Assembly (NCBI RefSeq): GCF_036321535.1
Contig: NC_087437.1
Location: 34,474,001 to 34,538,000, forward strand
Source: Camelus dromedarius
Lineage: Eukaryota
Length of the DNA stretch: 64,000 nucleotides
Direction: 5' to 3'
A program made the translations under genes and the position numbers. A model generated the notes under the pieces. It was not told the origin of the DNA and made no database searches. It was given only the letters and a program-made list of their open reading frames with translations. Position 1 is the first letter of the stretch; each line of letters starts with the position of its first letter. This document shows positions 52,737 through 64,000 of the stretch, piece after piece.

Positions 52737-53601
52737 CAATGAACTCAATCTGTAAATATACTTGTGAACATCTCCACATAATAATCAAAGGCAAAATAAG
52801 AAAACATTCTACATCTGTATTAGATGGTAGTGCTTTATAATTGTCTTCAATAGGCTTTTTCTTTTCTTTTTTTTCTTACTTTAACAGGTAACTCACTTAT
52901 TTTTTTGCAAACCTGTGGTTTAAATGGAGGTATCAACACCCTTCCCCATCAAACACACACACAACTGGACACATGGCACATGACCTTGTGCTGGCCTATC
53001 ACAGAACCATATTCCTCTGCCCACAGTGATTAAGGTTTAAGCATGCAATCAAATCTTGATCAATCAGAATTCTCCCCAAACTTTCACTAGAACTCTATTA
53101 CACGAGGTATGGCTCTGAACTTACTGGGTTATGAAAGCCAGATTCTCTCATAATGCTTAGACTAATTTGAGTTTTTGTTTCCTAAAACACAATCTCATAA
53201 TATTTAAAAAATCAACTCTTTTGGCCGAAAGCTATCAGACCTAACTTTTAATATTAACATTATGGGAAAAGCATTTATGACATTTAAAGCCACTATTCTA
53301 AGGAGAGCCAGAAACTACTGGGTTTCATACATACTAAAGTACCAAGAATAATGTAACAATTATTTGAAAATCTTAAGACATTATTTTGCTTTTTTCCCTG
53401 TACCTGCAATAACTGAAAGTAGCTAAAGAGGATGGCAATAGGTAGGATGGGTAGCAAATACGATAGTTATTTAATACAACCAGGTAGAGACTAGCTGTAG
53501 GGCTTTCAGGATACAATTACTGTAACTAAGTTTATGTAACACTTTAAATAACTACAAAGACATTCCATAAAACTAAAACAAGTCTTAACAGTAGATACTG
53601 G

Positions 53602-53741
53602 GGGGAGGGTATAGCTCAGTGGTATAGGGCATGCCTAGCATGCATGAGGTCCTGGGTTCAAGCCCCAGTACCTCCATTAAATAGATGAATATATCTAATT
53701 ACCTCCCCCCAAAATTTAATAAAATAAATTAAAAAAAAAAG
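53602..53741 (+). mobile_element. Camelid tRNA-derived SINE (Vic-type) with TSD
   Basis: Same consensus; 12-bp TSD agtagatactgg (53590-53601, 53742-53753). Confidence 0.9.
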
Positions 53742-53786
53742 AGTAGATACTGGACAACTAAAGCTTTTATTCAAAGACTAGGAAAC

Positions 53787-53926
53787 TTACTGTATAGCAC
53801 AGGGAACTATATTCAATATCTTGTAATAGCCTATAATGAAAAAGAATATGAAAACATATATATATATGCTGTACACCAGAACTAATACAACATTGTAAAC
53901 TGACTATTCTTCAATTTTAAAAAAAG
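53787..53926 (+). mobile_element. Short L1 3' tail
   Basis: tactgtatagcacagggaactatattcaata...tgctgtacaccaga, closely similar to 52563-52710. Confidence 0.8.
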
Positions 53927-54854
53927 ATAAGCATACAGGGAAACTGACAAAAAAATTTAAAAAAGGAGTAAACTGAAATAGAACATGATTTGTTTTGTAA
54001 TATTAAAAATGTCTATCACCAAATTATGAAACATCACATTATCTCAGAAGTCCGACCTTTGTAAAGAAAACTTTAATGAAATTTCAGGTTTGCCAAAACA
54101 CACCGTCATTGAAAATGTAATTTACATTAAGCTGAATGTAAATTAAATTTAGGGTAAAAGTGACAGCTAATTAAACTTTGTCCTAATAGTAAATAAACAG
54201 TAAAAGAAAATAGTTTACCATTTTAAATAATCAAGCTAATCTTGTACTATCAGCAAATATCTATGACCTTAAACCATTTTCCATTATGGGTACAAAATAG
54301 CACGATTTAGACCTATTTTCTGGTTAAATTTACAGTCTTATGGGAAAACAGGTACAAAATCTACGTAAGTATTTACTAAACCTACTTATAACACAGGACT
54401 AAAGAAATGAAGTCAGAAACGAGTAATTCTGCAACATTTTGCTTGAACTATTTTGGAGAAAGTAGGCTTTCACTTGAGTGGTAACGAAGAGAAAAAGAAG
54501 CCTTTTCCAATTCATGTGATGTGATTTGAATTATGGTACACAGTGGTACAAAAGGAACTGCAAACACATGTTATTTTGACAAGGAACACAGGGGTTATTT
54601 GGATGTTATGTATGATGTAGCAAGCTGGTAGAAATAAAAAGATCCACCATTCACTCTACATGTACTATATGCCAGGCACTATTAAGCATTTTAATAGTTT
54701 AGAGAGGGATTAGATAGAGGAACTAGGGTTCAAATTCAAACCTGACTCCACATAGTCCATGTTACTTAACCATGATACTACAAACCCTTTTAAGAGCCTT
54801 CTATTAATTAAAAGTGACAACTACCTATAACAGAAACAACATAATAAACAAAAA

Positions 54855-56282
54855 CAGTGCTTCGCAAAGTGTGGTCAGTGGGTACCTGTGGGGACATTGA
54901 AACCTTTTCAGAGGGTCCACAAGATTAAAACTATTTTCTTAATACTTCTACTAATACTTTTTTATTATGTTAACTTTTGCACTGCATGCAGTGTGTAAAA
55001 CTGCAGGTGTTTTATTTAGTATGAATTAAGGCAAAAGGAAATGTCACCAAGCAGTATTAGTAAACACTGTATTTCAGATGGGGAAAAAAAAAAGCCTGCT
55101 CACTTGAGAATGTTCTTTATGAAATAGTGAAAAAAAAAAAATATATATATATATATATATAACTTTTAATAAAAACTGGCCTTTTCTTTCTAAAAATTTG
55201 TGATAAAATGGGGATTACACATAAACACTCCTATAGCATACCCACTTCTGCAGTAGGATGACTGTCTCAGGAAAAAGTATTTGTGCGACTGTTTGAGTTG
55301 CTAATTGAACTAGCCACTTTTTTCATGGAACATCATTTTTACTTGAAAGAACTGACAGACAAATTATGGCTATTCAGACAGTGTCTGGCAGATGTTTTCA
55401 GAAAAATGAGCAAAGTGAGCTTATGCTTCCAGGAAAACAACTTACAGTATTTGTTGCTAATGACAAAATTCGAGCTTTCCAGTAAAAATAAGAATTTTGG
55501 AAAACTTATATTTACCAATGCAAGTTTGACAAATTCCCAACATTTAAGATTCTTCTAATGAACTATGTGGTGACACTAATAATTGTGAATTTTCACTGTA
55601 TAAAAAAAAAAAAGTGTCAGCATTTAGAAGATCTACATAACTCAGAGAACTAATACTTTCCAAATGACCAACATACAAAAATCAGACTTGGTTAAAAGAT
55701 ATATTCCAAGTGAAGGACAAACCAATGGATCTTAACATAACAGAGTAAGAAAAGTTTACTAATGTGGCTTCAAATTCCACATTGCAACTATCTTTTAAGA
55801 AATTACTATTTGTGGAGTTTGGCATTTATGGTGTGATATGGTGTATCAAAGAGTAACTTCTGTAATTGTCTGAAAAGGCTATTATTAAACATTCCTTCCT
55901 TTTTTCAACTACCTACTGTGTGACGTTGGATATTCTTCATACACTTCAACCAAAACAGCATATTACAAAAGCTGAATTCAGACACATGTATGAGAATTCA
56001 GCTTTCTTGAGTCAAACATTAAAGAGGCCTGAAAAAAAAAGTTAAACATGACCATTCTTCTCACCAAATTTTTTGGGTTTTGGAAAATAAGGTATTTTTC
56101 GTTGGAAATTATTTATATAAAACAGCTTTATTATTGTTATTTTTATGAGTTAATATTTTTAATTCTTAATTACTAAAATGGTAAAATTGATACTGATAGA
56201 AACTACCAAATAAAGCCTTTTGAGGGTCCTTATGTTTAACCACATAAATGGGTCTTGAGCCCCAAAGCTCTGAAAACTGCTG
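54855..56282 (+). mobile_element. Charlie1-like hAT DNA transposon fossil (~1.4 kb)
   Basis: Ends cagtgcttcgcaaagtgtggtc / tgaaaactgctg; internal remnant RLFEL...ELATFF...KLWLFR..LADVFRKM (55283-55558) resembles Buster/Charlie transposase. Confidence 0.8.
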
Positions 56283-58507
56283 AACTAAGGCCATTACAAG
56301 CATGTATGTATTGTCCTTATTTTATAGGTGTCAATATAAGGACTGGTCTCATTTTATCTGTAGGTTATTTCCCTCATCTCTGTGTTTTACAAAACCTAAA
56401 TGGAAAGCATAACTAAATGGATTGTGCTTTCTAGTTTAAAGTCCACAAATGATAAACAATTTCCAAAAATACCTCTGGTAAAGAATGGAAACACTTACTG
56501 AATATGTATTATACCCCATGGGCTATGCTAGGTGCTTTCATATATAACTTTTTAATCAACTTAGAGATCTGTATTAAGGCTAAGAGAAGTTAAAGGGAGG
56601 TAATATAGTATAGTACACATAGTATAGACTTCAACACACCTGAGTTAAAACCATTCCTTGAATGTTACGCTACCTTAACTCTAGGTTTTTTCTTCTATAA
56701 AATCCTACTTATAATATTAAGAGAAATGAGAATACAATTAAAAGCATACACAGTAGATGCTCAAAATGTTAATTCCCTTCAATGAGATTTCTCCCCTGTT
56801 CCAAAACTAAACCAGTGAGTACCAAAATCATCATTAAAAGACAAGCTCTCATTTCATTATTATAGGCCTCAAGTAGATGAATGCCGCTCCAGTAAACATT
56901 TCAAAATATTTTGAGGATCCACAATCACTATCAGGTATAAGAGATTAATGTTTAAAAATTACCTACACATTTTTCCTAAAGCAGTTTCATTCTTGTAAAG
57001 GTTAAGTCATTCCTAAAGCTCTCCCCAATTTTGTTATATTCACATTTGTCATACTAGTCTCTATGAAAAACAAAGACATCTTGTTATCTTTAAGAAAAAT
57101 ATCAATGAAGCACTTTTGAAATTGGTTGCCTTATAAACCAGAAAAGCTGGGAGGAAGCACAATTATTTAATTCCTGACTATATCTCTATTAGATATTTCA
57201 TATTGTCACATGCTTGGACTATTATAGAAAAATTAGACAGTAGTTATTTTAAGTATAGTAAATATGTTCCAAGATTTGTGATGAGAGAGGTCAGTCTCTA
57301 AAAGTTAACAAGACTTAAGAGCTTAACAATGCCTTTCACTTTGTACAGTTTAACAAATCACCAAGGCTATTTCTAAAACAACAAATCAGCTGATCAATTT
57401 AGTAACCTCTTGTCAACCAAACAACTATTTTTTCTTAAAGTTCAAGCTAACTTCATATTTTATGTTGTGTGGACAATCATGTTTCCAATTATATAGGATT
57501 TTAATATTCTTTCATTTTTAGAGTATTTTTCTTAAAGTATTTTTATAAGATCTAATTATTTTTCTAACATAACGTATGCTGTATTCAAAACTGGATAATC
57601 TCAGAATTTCTATACAAATTATACAAGTTTATCAGAAAGTCTACAAGAAAATTCCCTTCTACTTTTAAAACACAAGCTAGATAAGCTTAATTTGCTTTAT
57701 TCTGACACACTTTTTATTTGAAGTTTGGTCAGTACCCATTTCCTGTGTTGCATTGTGCATACTCTCTCTATGGTTACTATCTCCAACCAGTAATGACGAT
57801 CCTCTATCACACTGCATGAAAGGAGCCACACCTTGAATATCATCTGACAGTTCCTACAAATTATTTTAAATGGATACTAACATGTGCCTTCTTTAATGCT
57901 TTCAGGAAGTTAGCATGACCATATTTTGGAGAAGCCAAAATGGCAGAATGAAAGATAGGAATGAATATCAGATTGAAAGTGATGGAATCAGTTTCAACTC
58001 TTACACTTAGAAATTCTGACTTTAGAAGGGTCACTAATTCCCTGTGCCCAAACTGCCATTCAAAGAGCAATTACATATGTCTACATTAAAAATGTTCCCC
58101 ATTAATTTTAAGTTCAATGAAGCTTAAATTATATATGCACATGGAGAAAAAACAAAAAGCCAAATGCAAAGCAGAGAGTAAGAATCAATTCCATTGAACT
58201 CTATTGAATCCCCTTCCACCCCTCAAACAGAAAAGCTAAATAAAATGTTCAGAGATTTGTCAGGCATCTCCCTAATATTAACCTTTTAATATTCACAATA
58301 GTCATGAAGCAGATGTCAAGTACCTCAAGTTTTACAGATGAAAGAACCATAAGACTAACCGATTTTCCCAAGGTTACTTACAAAGTTAGAAATTAGATTT
58401 AAACTAAACTCTAGGACTTTGTACTCTTCATAATTTCCAATCAAACCGTGTTAGATCAAACCAAAAAATGCTACAATTACCTCATTCTACATGCTATCCT
58501 CTATACC

Positions 58508-58728
58508 TGTGCTGTCCAGTAAGCTTGCCACTAGCCACATGCAGCTACAAAGCACCTGAAATGTAGCTAGTCCAAATAGAGGTACATTGTTAACTGTAAA
58601 ACACAGACTTGATTTTGAAGACTCAACATGAAAAGAAGACCATGAAATATCTCATTAAGTTTTTTACACTCATTACATGTTGTAATGGTATTTTGGATAT
58701 ATCAGATTAAATTCACTGGACAACACTG
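58508..58728. mobile_element. MER33/MER3-like hAT MITE
   Basis: TIRs ctgtgctgtccag / ctggacaacactg; gccactagccacatg..gcacctgaaatgtagctagt core. Confidence 0.8.
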
Positions 58729-59269
58729 GCCCATACTTCTTTTTAAAAACCCTCCAATGAAACAAGTCATCATAAGACCTAAACCAAAAAGCTCTATTTT
58801 CTTACAATTTGTTGAAGCACAACACAGAAACCATATCTGGAGGGGGAGGAAATGGGCATAAGAAGTGTTTTGAGGGACACAGGCATATATAATTAATAAA
58901 TACACGAAAAGAGGCCATTCTAGTGTTTTCTAAGGATAATAAAAGATGTTTGTAACTCATTACAGGCATATGTGACTTTGAATAAATCACAAGTGGGGAG
59001 AAAGTATGACTTCCTATTAGAGTCAAATTCCATTTCCTTAGGTGGAAAAGTGAAAATATTCGTATTCCTAATGTACACACAGGGTTATCAAAGTCACCAA
59101 AGATGCCCATAAGGCACAATGAACATCTCAAAAAAATCTACCTAATGTGTATTTATAGTTATTTTTAAAAATCACATGTCTTCATATAGAATCAGCACTT
59201 AATCTTACTTTGACTAAAATAATAAGAGATACACAGTAAGAGGAAACATCAATTTAAAAAATAAGTTTT

Positions 59270-59825
59270 ACTTGAAAACAGTTCAGCAATCCCACAAAAA
59301 GTTACACATAAAGTTACCATATGACCCAGTAATTTCACTCCCAGGTATATAACCAAAGAGAAAGGACAACACGGGTCCACATACAAAAAATGTGTATGAA
59401 TGTTCAAAGCAGCATTATGCATAATAGATAAAAAGTGGAAACAATGCAAATGCCCATCAACTGATGAATGGATAAACAAAATGTGGTATATCCATATATT
59501 AAAATATTCAGCTATAAAAAGAAATGAAGCACTAATACATTCTTGTTAACAATGTGTATGAACTTTGAAAACATTATGCTACCTAAAAGAAGCCAGCCAC
59601 CAAACACCACATATTGTGTAACTCCATTTATATGAAATAGCCAGAATAGGCAAATCTAAAAAGACAGTGACTGCTAATGAGTTTACATTTCTTTTTGGGG
59701 TGATGAAAATGTTCTAAGATTGATTGTGCTGATGGCTGCACAACTATGTGAAAACACCAAAAGCCACTTCAAATGGGTGAACTGCATGGTATGTGAATTA
59801 CATCTCAATGAAGCTGTTAAAAATA
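59270..59825 (+). mobile_element. Old L1 3' fragment
   Basis: ttaccatatgacccag...aaatgcccatcaactgatgaatggataaacaaaatgtgg...ggggtgatgaaaatgttct. Confidence 0.85.
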
Positions 59826-60979
59826 TGCAGCCAGAAATGGGGGGGGGGGGAATTAGAAGAATCTGTCAAGCATTCAATTACTATTTTTCTGCATTTTGTA
59901 ACTTTGTGGTATTTGTTTTTTAAGTTTTGTAACTTGTGATTTTTTTTCTCATTTTAAACAGTCATATCACTCAAAAAATGTTTTCATCACATCATTACAC
60001 AACTAGATAAAACTTACTGAAAATCAAAAATTCTACATTTAAATGGAAATTTCTACAGGATGTGAATTATCTCAATAACGATGTTATATTTTTTCATTAC
60101 AAAAAGGGATCACAAAAATTATGTCTCATGTTAACCTGAGAACAATCACAGAATTAACCAGACACTTAATAGTCCCTCAAACTAGGAAACCCACTAAGAC
60201 AGCACTAACTACCACAGAGATTAAACGGCTTTGTGGAAAGTCCCAAAAATAGTTACTATCGCAGTCAAGCAAACGCTCAAAGTTCAGAAACAGATAATGG
60301 GAATTTGAAGACCGCAGTATAAAAAAGTACAGAGAAACATAAAAAATACTACTTGCCCACTTTCTCTTAAAAGCTAAACTACTGATTCAGATGCAGAATG
60401 GAAAAATTAAAAAACCAAACAAAACAAAACAAAACACATCCAAACCCTATTTACCTAGACTTTTAAAACTGAAAGAAGTCTTCTGTCAAAAATCTGTGCT
60501 TTGTGTGTGTGGTGTGTTTAATCCACACACCTTATGCAGCCTAAGAACCTCAGGAGCAGCTGTTATCTAAGGTAATGAAAGTTTTTTTTCTAACCTTTTA
60601 AAAGAATAAAACGTGATGGTGCCATTCCACAGCCCACCCCATCCCCCATAACCACCACCAGCAGGTGGAGGGAAAGGATACTGTAGACTAGAGGATGACA
60701 GCTTTGTATAATAACCCTTTGGACTTTATATGTAAGAAGGCAGCTGGTGGTCTCTCAGGAGGGGGTAAAGAGATTTGTGAACAAGCTGAAATAAGGGGTA
60801 TCCTTTGCCTGGAAGAGGGAACACCATGAGCCACATCTTGAATCAGCTATATCCATAGTAAAACACAGGCCGCTGGAAGGCACTGTTAGCATCACCAGGA
60901 TGGCCTCTCACGCCGGGGGTGTTTTTTTCAACGGAGAAGTTGACTCCTGTAGTTTGGATATCGGGGGGAGGCAGGGGTA

Positions 60980-62460
60980 AAGCGGGAGTCGGGAAGACCA
61001 GAAAAATGCCTTTAAGTGGAGACGACTCGGGCCTCGCTGAGGAAGTTCCGAACCTCACTCGGTCGCCGCACGCTCGTCCCCCCACCTCCCACCGCCCTCC
61101 TTCCCGCGGCGCCAGACGTCGGTGCAGGAGCGAAAGCCGGCATCTCTGCCGCTACCCGGGTGCGGGCCGCAGCCTGGCCGGGGCAGCGCGGCTCTCGCAC
61201 GCCTCCTCCGCACTCGCCGCGTCCGGCCTTCCAGCCGCGCGGCCCAGCCCCTCGCACCCGCGCCGGGCCGGCTCCACGGGGCAGGCCTAGGCCGCGCCGG
61301 CCGTACCCCGGCACCTCGCTCCCCGGCGGAGGCGGACCAGGCCCGACACAAACTTCCCGGCGCGTTAGCACAGGCGTCACGGACGGGCCGGCCCCCAGCG
61401 CCATTCCCCCGCGGCCCGGCTCCCGCCCCTACTCCCCACACTCCGAGTCCCGGCGGAGATCGACCAGAGGCCCACGGCCCCCACCCCTCCGGCGCCCCTG
61501 AGTTTACCTCCAAGTCGCGGCCTTTGTTCTTGAAATTCTTGAGCCGTTGGTTGTCCAGTTTCTCGTTGTCCGCCATGGCCGGGCCGGTGACTCCTTCCCC
61601 CGCCCGGGCCCCGCGGGATCCGCCCCAACCACCACGCCGCACCGACACTCCCAGGAACCGGGCCGCCGCCTGAGCTGCTGTGCCCGCCGAGCCGCCGCTT
61701 CCTTCCTCCTCTCACCTGCCTCCGCCGCGGCCTTCTCCTCTCCCCGCCCGTCCCCCCCCCGGCCCTAACCCCAGCGCGACAGCAGCTCCGGCGAAGACAA
61801 CTGCGGAGCCGGGCGGCGGCAACGGCGGCGGAATGTGCTGCCGGCTGAGAGGGGGAGGCAGCCTCGATCTGAGGGCCCCGGTGCCACGGCCACGCCCATA
61901 GCCGCCAGCCCAGCTCGTCGATTGGCCAACCAGACTCCGGTGCGCACGACCAATCAGGAAGAACGACGGAGAGCGGGGGCGGAAGAGCGAAAGGAAAGGG
62001 GAAGCGAGCGGCGCCGGGAGAAAGGGGGTCGGGGGCTGGGCCCAGAGGGGAGCGGCGCGGCAGGGGCTGGGCAGGGAGGGACCACGTGTTCCTGCAGCAA
62101 GCTGGAGGAAGCGAAACAAAATTAGAAAGCTTGAGGCGGGAAGGGGATGGAGAGGCCTGGGAACAGGTTGGTTTACTCTGGGTGTAGGGACTGCCCCAGA
62201 CGTTTGGGGTCTTGGGACGGAGCCGGGTTAAAGTACGTTCTTTTCTTCGGTGCACCTTCTCTTCCAGGGTATTCTTTGCTCTCTCTTCTGGCTTTACAGG
62301 AAGTGGGATCTGAGCCTTGGCTCCATCCCGGGTCCAGACAAGCCCTTCTTTTCCACGGGGCTCCATACCCTGGCAGGGGGTTTGAAGTCTGAAGTCTGAG
62401 GGCTCGATCTCGGGCCCGGACTGGCAGGGGTGACGTGCGTTCTGTAGGCAAAGCGGAAAG
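60980..62460. promoter_or_regulatory. CpG island / KPNA4 promoter
   Basis: Abrupt GC- and CpG-rich block over exon 1; opposed CCAAT boxes (ATTGG 61921-61925, CCAAT 61950-61954), TGCGCA NRF1-like core 61941-61946, GGGGCGG GC box with CGGAAG ETS core near 61976-61985, E-box CACGTG 62083-62088, CRE-like TGACGT 62431-62436. Confidence 0.9.
61508..61576 (-). CDS. KPNA4: KPNA4 exon 1 coding part
   Basis: Kozak gccATGG; MADNEKLDNQRLKNFKNKGRDLE then |gtaaac donor; 69 nt. Confidence 0.97.
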
Positions 62461-64000
62461 CGGGAGGGACAATGGGTGGAAAAGGAAAAGGACGCTCTAG
62501 ACGAATCTGATTCATCCCCTCTGACCAAGCCCCGGCAACAGGTGGGAACTTGGGAAGCGCTGATGATCCTGGGATGATACCACCTCGTAGGTATTTAGTC
62601 TTAGGAAGTTAAAGGAGCTCCTTGGCCGCTAAGTACTAACTTCTAGAAGGCAGAGGACCATGGCACCTGACATTTAAAATGTAATATTGTAACTGTTGAG
62701 AAAGGAAATCAGTTCCAAGGATATACATCTCTACCGGGAATGTTATTACCAGAGGGAGAAATAACACAAGCTACAAGAGAACGTACTCAAAAAAGGAAGA
62801 AGGAGGTGGCTTTAAAATGTATTTAAAAATAAATACCAACTAATAGCTCCACAAATGTGCAGGAAAACTTGAAGAAGTCAGCGGCATAAATAAATTGGGA
62901 TATCAGAAGAAAAGCGGGGCAGGGGGTAGAGGGACATGTAGAAGGGTTGGGTGTGTGTTTAAATTTGTCAAGGTAGAGGGAGAAGACCGTGAGTCGAACT
63001 CCTTTGGGAACTTTTACACCTCCTCCCTTTCCCTCCCACTTCCTTACTGGTCTATATTTTTTGAATAGAACAACGTGCAAAGATACAACGTTTAAAATGA
63101 GAATAATAACTTTAAAGTCCTCAATACTTTGTATACTTTCAGCTGCCTAGGCAAACAGAAGCTGTGCCTGGAAATAATTCACACTGAAGGTTAACTTGAA
63201 TATAAACTCAGTGACGATTTTAAATTTAAAGTGACATTCATTATAAATCTCTATTCCCCCCAAAATCGTTTAACTGAAGTCACATTACACACTGTAGCAC
63301 TGATGTTTTCAAAATGAGTTTGGAATGAGAAAATTCAGTTCAAAAGCTGGAATATGTGTGTGTTTTCCACCAGCATGGATTTTTGTCATGAGCAGGACTC
63401 AAGAGAACAAATTACTGGTGAATTTCTACCGTCATTAGAAGTTACCTTGTCAACATACTGTCTGTAGAGGAATATTTTGTACTTCTTCGAATAAATTCCT
63501 TGATAGCTTTCATAATAAAGGTTACAAAATTGTTTACCATTATGTCTTCAATGTCTCCCAGCCACAACTGGTTTTCTCTGATGATTAAACAACTTGGGGT
63601 TCTCTGCAGAGTATCATACTCCTAAAAGAAGAATGTGATCACAGTTACCCACTGAGAAAGATGCAATACAAACAGAAAATAACCACAACGTGTAATTTCA
63701 CTTTTAAAAATTTGTTTACTGTCTAAGATCTCTCCCCCTCTCTAGACAATAAGCCGTCTGAAGTCAAGGACCATATTTGTTTTGTTCTATATATACCCAA
63801 CCCCCAGTAGTACTTGGCCAGTTGTGTGCCTTCAGTGACTATTTGTAAAAGGCAGGACCTGAATCTAAGCTTCAGTAAGTATATCTTCCATAAGTTAAAA
63901 AAACAAGCTAACATGTCTTGATTAAAAATGCTGCTCGAGTTGTAACCGCTTCTAATTGACACAGGGGTCCAAGAATTCTTTTTTAACTGAGGTATAGTTA

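Noticed and set aside
60843..62528. Many overlapping ORFs up to 383 aa at the KPNA4 5' end
   Set aside because: Pro/Gly/Arg/Ala-rich products expected from stop-poor CpG-island DNA; no recognisable domains apart from the 23 KPNA4 codons

Overview
Mammalian genomic DNA, very probably camelid (seven copies of the tRNA-derived Vic-type SINE), orthologous to the human SMC4-TRIM59-KPNA4 locus. It holds the last 8 coding exons of SMC4 (+, 177-7645), the single coding exon of TRIM59 (-, 10817-12028, 403 aa) and KPNA4/importin alpha-3 exons 1-13 (-, 18294-61576; 379 codons, all GT-AG, phases consistent) with its CpG-island promoter. The box C/D scaRNA SCARNA7/U90 lies in KPNA4 intron 12. A round 200-N gap (17487-17686) sits where KPNA4's last exons and the TRIM59 promoter should be, which creates an apparent in-frame KPNA4-TRIM59 junction that is most likely an assembly artefact. 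Introns carry L1, L2, MIR, MaLR LTR and hAT fossils. I found no clearly new biological system. The best leads are a ~100-bp hairpin-containing duplication flanking KPNA4 exon 7, a second SCARNA7 guide that pairs with 5.8S rRNA, two TRIM59 regulatory sites that differ from human, closely spaced convergent poly(A) signals, and inverted SINEs around a stop-free exon block. All homology calls are from recalled sequences, not database searches.
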